From Acidobacteriota bacterium (lineage in GTDB: Bacteria; Acidobacteriota; CAIWXX01): a stretch of DNA of 64,000 nt. This document shows positions 1 through 9,236 of the stretch, piece after piece; position 1 is the first letter of the stretch, and every line of letters starts with the position of its first letter. The stretch is taken from positions 64,001-128,000 of the forward strand of contig JBFMAF010000023.1 of the NCBI GenBank assembly GCA_040755995.1, read 5' to 3'. The position numbers and the translations under genes were made by a program. Below the pieces are notes generated by a model. That model searched no databases and was not told the origin of the DNA. It saw only the letters and a list, made by a program, of their open reading frames with translations.

Positions 1-1
1 C

Positions 2-991
2 CTGGATCTTACCAAGTACGCCGGCAGGAGAGTCCTCGTTACCGGAGGACTGGGCTTCATAGGCAGCAATCTTGCCCGGCAGCTGGTGGATCTTGGAGCG
101 CGCGTGCTGCTGGTCGACTCCATGATTCCCGACTACGGGGGCAACTTCTTCAACATCGCAGGCATCGAGGACCGGGTAAAAGTCAACATCTGTGACATGC
201 GAGATCACAACGGGATGAGGCACCTGGTCAGAAAGCAGGACTTCATCTTCAACCTGGCCGGGCAGGTAAGCCATATCGATTCAATGCAGGATCCCGAGAC
301 CGACCTCGACATCAATTGCAAGAGCCAGCTCAGCCTTCTCGAAACGCTGCGGTGCGACAACCCCGGCGCAAAGGTGGTTTACGCATCGACGCGGCAGATC
401 TACGGCAAGCCCCGGTACCTGCCCGTCGACGAGAACCATCCGCTCGTCCCCATAGACGTCAACGGCATAAACAAGATCTCGGGAGAGATGTATCATCTCC
501 TTTACCACCAGATCTACGGGATTCGAACCGTCTCCTTGCGGCTCACCAACACCTACGGGCCGAGGCAGCTCGTGAAGCACAACCGCCAGGGATTCGTCGG
601 ATGGTTCATCCGGCTGGCGGTCGAGGGCAAGGAGATCATGATATTCGGAGATGGGCTCCAGCGCCGCGACTTCAATTACGTCGACGACGCGGTCGACGCG
701 CTGCTGCGCGCCGGCCTCTCGGAGAGTGCTGAGGGCCAGGCGATCAATCTGGGGTCAACGCCACCTTACACGCTCCTCGAATTCACCCGCATGTTGATCG
801 AGTGCGCCGGCAGGGGGAGTTACAGACTCGCACCGTTCCCGTCGCTGCACAAGGTAATCGACATCGGCGACTACTTCGCAGCATATGACAGGGCCGCCGC
901 ACTGCTAGGCTGGTCTCCCGGGACTCCCCTGCCCGTGGGTCTGGCGAAGACGGTGGAATACTACAGGCGACACTTGCCGGAGTATATCTAG
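2..991 (+). CDS. NAD-dependent epimerase/dehydratase (5' end lies before the window)
   Basis: Frame is open from base 2 and reads VLVTGGLGFIGS (Rossmann motif); SDR-type LRLTNTYGP and RDFNYVDD motifs. Confidence 0.9.
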   Translation: MDLTKYAGRRVLVTGGLGFIGSNLARQLVDLGARVLLVDSMIPDYGGNFFNIAGIEDRVKVNICDMRDHNGMRHLVRKQDFIFNLAGQVSHIDSMQDPETDLDINCKSQLSLLETLRCDNPGAKVVYASTRQIYGKPRYLPVDENHPLVPIDVNGINKISGEMYHLLYHQIYGIRTVSLRLTNTYGPRQLVKHNRQGFVGWFIRLAVEGKEIMIFGDGLQRRDFNYVDDAVDALLRAGLSESAEGQAINLGSTPPYTLLEFTRMLIECAGRGSYRLAPFPSLHKVIDIGDYFAAYDRAAALLGWSPGTPLPVGLAKTVEYYRRHLPEYI

Positions 992-1121
992 TGTTGTGCA
1001 CTACCTACGCTCGAACAGCGAACGATTCTTCCCCTACCCGTTCCCGTACCCGGCCCCCCTCGACGGAGGTTCACTTTTCTCATCGCAACAGCCACCGGCT
1101 GCCTGCACCCTCGGAGCATTC

Positions 1122-2207
1122 GTGAAGGTCGAATTCAACGATCTGCAGCGCGAGACCCAGCGATTCCGCGAGGAGATCACGGCCGCGGTCGGTGGCGTAT
1201 TGGATCGCGGCTGGTACATTCTAGGACCCGAGGTGGAGGCGTTCGAAAAGGAGTTCGCGACATATTGTGGATCCAGCTACGCGGTCGGTGTGGCCAATGG
1301 AACGGAGGCCCTGCAGCTGGCTATCATCGGCGCGGGGATAGAGCCGGCGAGCGAGGTCATCACATCGCCCATCTCGGCGGCGTTCACGGCGCTGGGAATT
1401 CTCGCAGCCGGATGCATCCCGGTGTTCGCAGACGTCGACGACTCGACACTCCTGATCGATCCGCACAAGATCCACCCGACCAAGAAGACGCGCGCCATCG
1501 TGCCGGTCCACCTTTACGGCAACGCGTGCCGAATGGACGAGATCATGGACGTCGCCCGAGCCGAGGATCTCCTCGTCATAGAGGATGCGTGCCAGGCTCA
1601 CGGGAGCAGCCATGATGGACGGATGTTGGGCACGCTGGGGGCGGTCGGATGTTTCTCCTTTTACCCGACCAAGAACCTGGGAGCGCTCGGCGACGGCGGC
1701 ATGATCGTGACCGACGACGACGACGTCTACCACCTCGTGAGGATGCTGCGCAACGGAGGACAGGAAGGCCGGTACAAACATCGAGTCCGAGGGGTCAACA
1801 GCCGGCTGGACGAGATCCAGGCGGCGGTGCTGAGAGCGCGACTCGCGCACCTCGACGAGGAGAACGCCCGCCGGAACGAAATCGCGGACACCTACCTGGA
1901 TCGGCTGGCACACCTGCCGCTCAAGTTCGTCGAGCAGACCGAAGGAAGGAACTCACACCTCTTCCCAGTTCGCGTGGCAAACCGCGACAGGGTGCAGTCG
2001 AGGCTCACCGAGATGGGCGTGTCAACTCTGATCCACTACCCCATGCCCATCCACCACCAGGAGTTCATGGGGTCATTCCCCAGACCGGCCCTGCCGGTCG
2101 CGGAAATCGCTTCGACCGAGCTTCTCTCACTCCCTCTCTACCCGAGCCTCACCGAGGCCGAGATCGATCGCGTGGTTGCGTCTCTCGAGGCCGCGCTCGC
2201 GGATTGA
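1122..2207 (+). CDS. DegT/DnrJ/EryC1/StrS PLP-dependent sugar aminotransferase
   Basis: EDACQAHG, SFYPTKNLGALGDGG and NSRLDEIQAA motifs; GTG start at 1122 behind GGAG. Confidence 0.92.
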   Translation: MKVEFNDLQRETQRFREEITAAVGGVLDRGWYILGPEVEAFEKEFATYCGSSYAVGVANGTEALQLAIIGAGIEPASEVITSPISAAFTALGILAAGCIPVFADVDDSTLLIDPHKIHPTKKTRAIVPVHLYGNACRMDEIMDVARAEDLLVIEDACQAHGSSHDGRMLGTLGAVGCFSFYPTKNLGALGDGGMIVTDDDDVYHLVRMLRNGGQEGRYKHRVRGVNSRLDEIQAAVLRARLAHLDEENARRNEIADTYLDRLAHLPLKFVEQTEGRNSHLFPVRVANRDRVQSRLTEMGVSTLIHYPMPIHHQEFMGSFPRPALPVAEIASTELLSLPLYPSLTEAEIDRVVASLEAALAD

Positions 2208-2209
2208 TC

Positions 2210-2277
2210 GTCGGGGCGACGCATGCGTCGCCCCTACACGGCCTTCACGCGGCAGGGCGCGCGCCGCACGCCCCTAC
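2210..2277. repeat. Two GTAG-family REP-like palindromes
   Basis: gtcggggcgacgcatgcgtcgcccctac (2210-2237) and a degenerate copy ending cgcccctac (2251-2277), between convergent genes. Confidence 0.7.
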
Positions 2278-2280
2278 ACC

Positions 2281-2336
2281 CGTCTCCGCGTCCCCGCGTC
2301 TCCATGTCACCGCGTCCCCGTGTCTCCGCGTCTGTC
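2281..2336. repeat. Octamer tandem repeat, consensus CGTCTCCG, about 7 units
   Basis: cgtctccg cgtccccg cgtctcca tgtcaccg cgtccccg tgtctccg cgtctgtc. Confidence 0.85.
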
Positions 2337-2359
2337 GCGGGAGGCATTGGGGGTTCCAA

Positions 2360-2782
2360 TTACTTACGGCGGACAATGTTGTAAACCGCCCGGCCCATCG
2401 CCACGATCTCCTCACGTCCCTCCTGCCGGACCGAGATGTGCACGACGGCCATCCGGTTGCCGATTCGCTTCACTCTCGCGTCCGCTTCGAGCGTGCCCTT
2501 CTGCGCCGGCGCCAGGTAATCGACCAGCAGATCGACGGTGGCGAGGCGATCACCTTCCTCCGTCTCCGTGAACGCCGCCGCGCCTCCCGCCGTGTCGATG
2601 AGCGTGCTGATCACCCCGCCGTGCAGCGCCGGCCGCTGCGTGTCGCCCAGGAATTCGTCGCGATAAGGCAGCACCATCACAGCCCGGCCCCGGCTGATGG
2701 CCTGCACCCGCATCCCCAGGAAACGGTTGAACGGAATCCGTGACTCCATGATCTCCCTGACAAGCGATCCCTTCTTCCTCAT
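2360..2782 (-). CDS. PaaI-family hotdog-fold thioesterase
   Basis: PFNRFLG and LHGGVISTLIDTAGG motifs; ORF extends to 2821 but the ATG at 2782 has an SD. Confidence 0.88.
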   Translation of the reverse strand: MRKKGSLVREIMESRIPFNRFLGMRVQAISRGRAVMVLPYRDEFLGDTQRPALHGGVISTLIDTAGGAAAFTETEEGDRLATVDLLVDYLAPAQKGTLEADARVKRIGNRMAVVHISVRQEGREEIVAMGRAVYNIVRRK

Positions 2783-2950
2783 GAGCCGAGATTCTCCGCC
2801 AGAGTGCCACTGCTTGTCCACTGGCGCGGGCCGTACCGTACCCGTACCCGACAGTGGCCACGATCGCGTCCGCGTAGGTGAAGACAGGGCCGCTGCGATC
2901 TCGCCCGAGCCTGCTCTTCGGTGTGATCGTATCCGTGGCGCCGGGCCGGT

Positions 2951-4135
2951 CTATGTCCAGCCGGACAGGGCCTGCGTGCGCCTGTGCTCGTCGAGCACCG
3001 ATTCAAGTCTCTCACTCAGCGCCTGGCAGTGCCCGCGCCACGAGAACTGCCGGGCGCGCGATCGCGCAGCGGCACCGAGCTGGGCGCGAAGCGCGGTGTT
3101 GTGGCACATCTCCACGAGCGTTCCCGTGAGCGCCTCGCGATCCCCCTCTGCGTAGTACCGGCCTGCGTCCCCGACGATCTCTTCGAGCTCCGCCCGGCGA
3201 ATCGTGACGACCGGCAAGCCCATCGCCATGGCCTCGAAAACCTTCAACGGCGACCAGTAGAAACCCAGGGAGAGGTATGGGTGCGCTTTCGTGTCGAACG
3301 GTGCCACCGCGAAGTCCGCCGCTTCCATGACCTGCGGCATCTGTTCGTACGGGATGCGCCCGGCGAGGATGAAACGATCCGCACAGCCGCCGGCCGAGAT
3401 GGTCCGCTTGATCGACGGCAGGGCCGGCCCGTCTCCAACGAGCAGAACACGCAGCCGGATGCTGGGGTCCCACATCATCCCGCATGCCGTCTTGACCAAA
3501 ATCTCGGCGCCGTGCCACTTCCTGAAAGATCCTGCGAAGAGGGCGACCGGCGCATCCGAAGGTATGCCCAGCCTGCAGCGCGTTTCAGCCCGCGCGCCGC
3601 GCGTGCGGAATCGCTCGCAATTCACCCCCCACGGCAGCTTCTGGATCCTGGCCGGAGGCACCGATGGCGGGATGATCGACGGCAAGGGCGTGACGATCAG
3701 CGCGGCTTGGCGCGCCTGCCACAGCCTGTAGGATTCGAGCGGGTTGATGAGCAAGATGCTGTCGATCCATTGCTTCGGCGAGCCGGGGTACTCGATCATC
3801 GGCGCGTTCGCTTCGAGCACCAGCGGGACCTTTGTCCGTCGCGCGAGCCATGCGCCCTCGCCGCCGAACTGGTAGTACCGCTCGATGATGACGTCAGGTC
3901 GGAGCGTCCCGGAGCTCCGGCGAATCGCGAATGCGTTCAAGAGGCGGAGGCAGCGCGGGAGGTGCCGCGGCATCGGATGGTAGGCGGGGTTGCCCGGCGC
4001 GTGCCGGCGCCCTCGTGCAAATACCGTTACCTCGTGCCCGAGCGCGGCCAGGTTCTCCGCGACCTCCAAGACGTGCGTCGCGCCGCCGTGGCCACGGTCC
4101 AGGTCGATGTCGGAAGCGATGTAGAAGATCTTCAT
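2951..4135 (-). CDS. Glycosyltransferase family 4
   Basis: FAGSFRKWHG and SPLKVFEAMAMGLPVV motifs. Confidence 0.9.
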   Translation of the reverse strand: MKIFYIASDIDLDRGHGGATHVLEVAENLAALGHEVTVFARGRRHAPGNPAYHPMPRHLPRCLRLLNAFAIRRSSGTLRPDVIIERYYQFGGEGAWLARRTKVPLVLEANAPMIEYPGSPKQWIDSILLINPLESYRLWQARQAALIVTPLPSIIPPSVPPARIQKLPWGVNCERFRTRGARAETRCRLGIPSDAPVALFAGSFRKWHGAEILVKTACGMMWDPSIRLRVLLVGDGPALPSIKRTISAGGCADRFILAGRIPYEQMPQVMEAADFAVAPFDTKAHPYLSLGFYWSPLKVFEAMAMGLPVVTIRRAELEEIVGDAGRYYAEGDREALTGTLVEMCHNTALRAQLGAAARSRARQFSWRGHCQALSERLESVLDEHRRTQALSGWT

Positions 4136-4484
4136 CCCGGTGATGAATATCCTGAAATCGCTCCAAGATCAAACGGCAAGCTGCAATGATACCGGCGGGC
4201 GTCGGGCGACACGGTAATATCGGCAGCACCGGCTTGCGTGAAACGCCTCCAGTTGCCGCTCGATCGTGGCGATAGATCCGAGCGCGGCCCGCGATGCGCA
4301 TGTACCGGAGTGGGTCGCTGCGCGGTGGCTCGTCCGGTCGTCGCAGGCGACTTGACACTCCGCCTCGGGCCCGCCTATCATCGCGCCGGATGATTTGGAA
4401 CGCCACCCGGCCTGCAAGATCCTTTGTGATATCCCAGAGCGAGCAACTATTACCAGTCCCGCCTTCGGGCGAGGAGGATTGAGT

Positions 4485-5690
4485 ATGCCTGACGCTTATA
4501 TCTTCGATGCGGTCCGGACCCCGCGAGGGATCGGCAAGGACCGCGGCAGCTTGTACACAGTTCGACCCACCGACCTTCTGGTGACAGTGCTCCAGGCGCT
4601 CCGGGAGCGCAATGCGCTGGACACGAAGGAGGTCGAGGACGTTGTGATCGGGTGCGTGACGCAGACTGGCGAGCAGGGGACGTGCATTGCGCGCTTCGCG
4701 ACACTCGAGGCCGGGTACGACTACAGCGTGCCGGGGTGCACGATCAGCCGCTTCTGTTCCTCGGGACTGCAGGCCGTCAACCAGGTGGCGGCGATGATCA
4801 TCGCCGGATGGGGAGACCTCATGATCGCCGGCGGCGTAGAGAGCATGTCCCGCGTGAAGATGGGGTCGGATGTGGGAGCCATGTTCGAACCGTCGGCGCA
4901 GTGGAAGGTGGGCTCGGTGCCCCAGGGGATCTCGGCGGACCTCTTGGCCACACTTCGCGGTTTCTCGCGCGAGGACGTGGACCGGTTCGCCTGTGAGAGC
5001 CAGCGGCGTGCGGTGCATGCCCGGGATTCCGGCAAGTTCGACCGCAGCGTCGTGCCGGTGCGCGACCTCAACGGGCTGCCGATTCTGGAGAAGGACGAGC
5101 TCCCGCGCGCAGACTGCACGGTTTCGGGACTCGGCGAGCTGAAGGCGTCGTTCGAGATGATGGGCAAGCAGTTCGGGATGGATGCCCTGGCGCGAAAGGT
5201 ATATCCGCAGGTCGAGCGGATCAACCACGTTCACACGGCCGGCAACTCGTCGGGGATCGTCGATGGTGCCGCCGTGCTGCTGGTCGGAAGCAAGGAGAAG
5301 GGCCGGGCGCTCGGGCTCAAGCCGCGCGCGCGCGTCGTGGCTGCGGCGTCGACCGGCGACGAGCCGCTGCTGATGCTCACGGGGCCGCTGCCGGCCACGC
5401 GGCTCGTGCTCAAGAAGGCGCGGATGGATCTGAAGGACATCGACCTCTTCGAGGTGAACGAAGCGTTCGCCGCGGTCGCGCTGACGTACATGCAGGAGTT
5501 CGGTATCGACCACGATCGCGTGAACATGAACGGCGGCGCGATTGCGCTCGGGCACCCGCTCGGGGCGACCGGGGCCGTGATTCTCAACACGGCTCTGGAT
5601 CTGCTGGAGGAACGGAACTTGTCGACGGCGCTGACGACGTTGTGCATCGGCGGCGGCATGGGAACGGCAACGATCATCGAGCGCGTGTGA
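4485..5690 (+). CDS. Acetyl-CoA C-acyltransferase (thiolase)
   Basis: RFCSSG, NEAFA, GGAIALGHPLGATG and CIGGGMG motifs; GAGGAGG SD. Confidence 0.95.
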   Translation: MPDAYIFDAVRTPRGIGKDRGSLYTVRPTDLLVTVLQALRERNALDTKEVEDVVIGCVTQTGEQGTCIARFATLEAGYDYSVPGCTISRFCSSGLQAVNQVAAMIIAGWGDLMIAGGVESMSRVKMGSDVGAMFEPSAQWKVGSVPQGISADLLATLRGFSREDVDRFACESQRRAVHARDSGKFDRSVVPVRDLNGLPILEKDELPRADCTVSGLGELKASFEMMGKQFGMDALARKVYPQVERINHVHTAGNSSGIVDGAAVLLVGSKEKGRALGLKPRARVVAAASTGDEPLLMLTGPLPATRLVLKKARMDLKDIDLFEVNEAFAAVALTYMQEFGIDHDRVNMNGGAIALGHPLGATGAVILNTALDLLEERNLSTALTTLCIGGGMGTATIIERV

Positions 5691-5699
5691 GGTGCGATC

Positions 5700-7850
5700 A
5701 TGGAGCAGACGAAGAACGGTGCAATGAAGCTCGACTTTGACTCGAATACCGGCATCGCCACGCTGACCATTCAGATGGCCGGAAAGGCGAACAAGATCAA
5801 CGATGAGTTCGGAGAGGCGTTTGCGGAGGCCCTTGCGTGGGTGAAGGCACAGAAGGGGCTCAAGGGCGTCATTCTCGCTTCAGGTCACAAAGACTTCTGC
5901 GTCGGCGCGGACATCGATATGATCTACAAGCTCCGCGATCCGGCCGAGACGTACAAGAAGGTGCGCGCGTTGCAGGCGGGCTTCCGCGAGCTCGAGACGT
6001 GCGGCGTGCCGGTCGTCGCGGCGCTCACTGGATCGGCGCTCGGCGGCGGCTACGAGCTGGCGCTCGCGTGCCACCGGCGGATCGCCGTCGACGATCCGCG
6101 CGCTCAGTTCGGGCTGCCCGAAGTCACGCTCGGAGTGATGCCCGGAGCGGGCGGGACGCAGCGGCTGCCGCGGATGGTCGGCTTCCAGATCGCGGCGGAC
6201 CACATTCTACAGGGAAAGATGGTGCGGGCACGCGACGCGAAGGATGCCGGCCTCGTCGACGAGCTGCAGAAGGACGCCGGCGCGGTGCGCGAGGCCGCCG
6301 TCAAGTGGATCGCGGAGAATCCGCACGCGACTCAGCCGTGGGATCAGCGGGGATCCGCATTTCCGCCGCCGGTCGCCGGCACCACTGACGCGCGGGACAT
6401 GCTCGTCGTCATCTGCGCAATGGTCTACCAGAAGACCGCCGGCGCGTTCCTCGGGCCGCAGTACGCGGTGAGCGCGATGCAGGAGGGCTGTCTGCTGACG
6501 TTCGACCGCGGGATGGAGGTCGAGGCGCGCTACTTCACGAAGCTCGCCTGCGGCGACCAGGCGAAGGACATGATCCGTACGCTCTGGTATCACCGGACGG
6601 CCGCCGAGAAGCACGAGGGGCTGCCGTCGATCGAGCAGCTCGGCATCGAGCAGGGTATCGCAAAGGTCGGCATCCTGGGCGCAGGCATGATGGGCGGCGC
6701 GCTCGCATGGGTCTCGGCCAATTACGGCTACGATGTCGTGGTGAAGGACATCAGGCAGGAGGCCCTCGACAACGCCGTGAAGCACTGCGAGGGCCTGACC
6801 TCCAAGCGGGCCAAGCACCTCGACGACGCCGGCCGCAAGCAGCTCATGGGCAGGATCAAGCCGACGCTCGATCTCGCCGACCTGAAGGGCTGCGACCTTC
6901 TGATCGAGGCTGTGTTCGAGGATCTCGATCTCAAGCACAAGGTGACGAGAGAGACCGAGCCGTTGCTGTCGGCGAACGGCATCTGGGCGTCGAACACGTC
7001 GGCGCTGCCGATCACGGATCTGGCGAAGGCATCGCAGCATCCCGAGCGATTCATCGGCATGCATTTCTTCTCGCCGGTGGAGCAGATGCCGCTGCTCGAG
7101 ATCATCGTGGGGAAGCAGACGAGCGAGCAGACGGCGGCTCGGGTTCTCGCGTACTGCCGCCAGATCAAGAAGACTCCGATCGTCGTCAACGACGGCTACG
7201 GGTTCTACACCACGCGAGTCTTCTCGTCGTATCTGATGGAGGCGGTGCAGCTTGTGGCCGAGGGTCACGATCCGGCGCTGGTCGAATGGGCGGCGCGATC
7301 GGCCGGCATGGTGATCGGCCCGCTGCAGGTTTTCGACGAGGTCACGCTCGCTCTGGTGCGCAAGGCCGCGCCGCAGGGCGAGAAGTACACCGGGCGCAGA
7401 TTCGGCGAGGCCGGCTTCGAGCTCTTGAAGAAGCTCGTGGACGATCACAAGCGGTACGGCCGGTCCGCGGGGGCGGGCTTCTACGAGTATGTCGACGGAA
7501 AGCGACAGCGGATCTGGCCTGGGCTGAAGGATCTGGTGACTGCGAAGCCCGCGACAACCGGCGTCGATCTGATCGGGAAGCGCCTGCTGCTCATGCAGGC
7601 GGCCGAGGCGGCGCGCGCGCTGGAAGACGGCGTGCTGCAGCGCAACCGCGACGCCGAAGTCGGCGCCATTTTCGGCATAGGCTTCGCGCCGAATACCGGC
7701 GGCCCGTTCTCGTACATCGACCGCCGCGGAGCTGCCACCGTCGTCCGCGATCTGGAAGCCTTCACCCGCGAGTACGGCGACCGCTACTCCCCGCCGAAGA
7801 TCCTGGTGACGATGGCCGAGAAGAACGAGCGCTTCTTCGAGCCGGTGTAG
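5700..7850 (+). CDS. Enoyl-CoA hydratase / 3-hydroxyacyl-CoA dehydrogenase multifunctional enzyme (FadB/FadJ-like)
   Basis: GGGYELALAC, GLPEVTLG, GAGMMG, SNTSALPI and GMHFFSP motifs; follows the thiolase. Confidence 0.95.
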   Translation: MEQTKNGAMKLDFDSNTGIATLTIQMAGKANKINDEFGEAFAEALAWVKAQKGLKGVILASGHKDFCVGADIDMIYKLRDPAETYKKVRALQAGFRELETCGVPVVAALTGSALGGGYELALACHRRIAVDDPRAQFGLPEVTLGVMPGAGGTQRLPRMVGFQIAADHILQGKMVRARDAKDAGLVDELQKDAGAVREAAVKWIAENPHATQPWDQRGSAFPPPVAGTTDARDMLVVICAMVYQKTAGAFLGPQYAVSAMQEGCLLTFDRGMEVEARYFTKLACGDQAKDMIRTLWYHRTAAEKHEGLPSIEQLGIEQGIAKVGILGAGMMGGALAWVSANYGYDVVVKDIRQEALDNAVKHCEGLTSKRAKHLDDAGRKQLMGRIKPTLDLADLKGCDLLIEAVFEDLDLKHKVTRETEPLLSANGIWASNTSALPITDLAKASQHPERFIGMHFFSPVEQMPLLEIIVGKQTSEQTAARVLAYCRQIKKTPIVVNDGYGFYTTRVFSSYLMEAVQLVAEGHDPALVEWAARSAGMVIGPLQVFDEVTLALVRKAAPQGEKYTGRRFGEAGFELLKKLVDDHKRYGRSAGAGFYEYVDGKRQRIWPGLKDLVTAKPATTGVDLIGKRLLLMQAAEAARALEDGVLQRNRDAEVGAIFGIGFAPNTGGPFSYIDRRGAATVVRDLEAFTREYGDRYSPPKILVTMAEKNERFFEPV

Positions 7851-7875
7851 GCGGGCCCCCCAATGGGGGATCGGG

Positions 7876-8144
7876 ATGCCTGAGACGCGGTTCAGTATCT
7901 CCCGCCACGCAGTGGAGGAGGCACAGCGCCGAGGTATTCCCGGTAGCCTCGTTGACCTGGTTCTCCAGTCACCCAGCAGATCGCGGACGAGCGCGGCGGC
8001 AAGAAAGCGTACCAATCCCAGTTGGACTTCGGCGGTGGGAGGATATACTTGTTGAGGGTGATCGTGGCGCATGACGTAGATCCGCCCATGGTGGTGACCG
8101 TCTATCGCACAACCAAGATCGGCAAGTATTGGAGGTCGAAATGA
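7876..8144 (+). pseudogene. DUF4258-like toxin, frameshifted
   Basis: MPETRFSISRHAVEEAQRRGI... then a frame change near 7972 into QQIADERGGKKAYQ...LLRVIV...VVTVYRTTKIGKYW; ATGA overlap with the next gene. Confidence 0.7.
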
Positions 8145-8338
8145 AGGTGACGTACGATCCGGAAGTGGATGTGCTTCGCATCGTCCTGAGCAACAGGCCG
8201 ATCGAGGAGAGCGATGAGGAGAAACCCGGGATCATCCTCGACTACGACAAGGACGGGAATGCCGTTGGGTTGGAAGTGCTGGACGCTTAAAAGCGTATGG
8301 AGAATCCCCGATCGGTAGAGTACGCTGTGACCGCCTGA
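8141..8338 (+). pseudogene. DUF2283-like antitoxin with premature stop
   Basis: MKVTYDPEVDVLRI...GIILDYDKDGNAVGLEVLDA*KRMENP; TAA at 8288-8290. Confidence 0.75.
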
Positions 8339-8680
8339 GCCAGTTCCAGAGAACCTCGATCGGGCAAGGGGTGAAGGGGAGCTTCGGGGAAGAACGAATC
8401 CTCGCCGAGGCGGTGTAGAGCGTTTGGTTCGCTGGCCTCTGATTCCGATCGAAGTTTCAGAGCCTCGGATAGATGCTTCACGCCGCGTTGGCGTGGCGAT
8501 CGTTGCCGGCGTGGAGGCATGCCAGCCGAGTTCTGGGCCCGGACCTCGACTCCCCCCGGGGCATAGACGGGCTGACGCCCTGTTTTGACAGTCAGGGCGT
8601 TCGGTCCGCATCCCTGACCAGCGATCTGAGCGGCCGGCACCCGGCGGCTTCTCCACCCGCCCGCCGGGTCGCCAGGACCG

Positions 8681-9046
8681 TCAGGCATGACTGTACAGGT
8701 CGCAGATGTCGACGTATATCAGGTATTCCCTGATTTCCTCGCCGCTCAGCTTGAAGATGGTTGCGAACGGCACGGTAAGCGTGGTCGCATCGTGTCGAGT
8801 GTAGGTCACAGTGCCATGGCAGGTCACCGCGCTCGGTTGCATCCACACCTCGACAAGATCGTGGTGCAGAGCTTTGATACTTCCAAGAAAGCCTCGCACC
8901 GCGTTGCCAACTTCCGTCCGGCCCTGGACAGGGGGTGCATTGCCGAATCGGAAGAGGACGTCCTGAGAAAGGAAGGTCAGGAAGTCATCTACCTGGCCTT
9001 GATCTACGCTCTGAAACAGCAGCCTTATTCGATCTTCCATCTCCAT
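8681..9046 (-). CDS. SnoaL/NTF2-like fold protein
   Basis: DVLFRFGNAPPVQGR and IREYLIYVD patterns, about 120 aa. Confidence 0.75.
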   Translation of the reverse strand: MEMEDRIRLLFQSVDQGQVDDFLTFLSQDVLFRFGNAPPVQGRTEVGNAVRGFLGSIKALHHDLVEVWMQPSAVTCHGTVTYTRHDATTLTVPFATIFKLSGEEIREYLIYVDICDLYSHA

Positions 9047-9236
9047 TGTGATAATCCCTTTCTTCCCGTGCCCGGCCAATAATGTCCATCGGGTCTCCAG
9101 GCAAACTCGCTTTGTTGTCCCTGCGTCCGGGTGATGCCCGGCGTGGGACGCCGGCGTGATTGGCGCCTGGCGCTTGCGCAGCTCCGGAGCTCCTCCGGCG
9201 AAACAGGCGGTTTTCGCACAGGCCGCTCGGATCTGG

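Noticed and set aside
3894..8074. Long antisense or alternative-frame ORFs (3894-5555, 6207-8072, 6707-8074) and similar ones elsewhere
   Set aside because: Shadow ORFs of high-GC genes with clear motifs on the other frame or strand; they have no recognisable motifs of their own.
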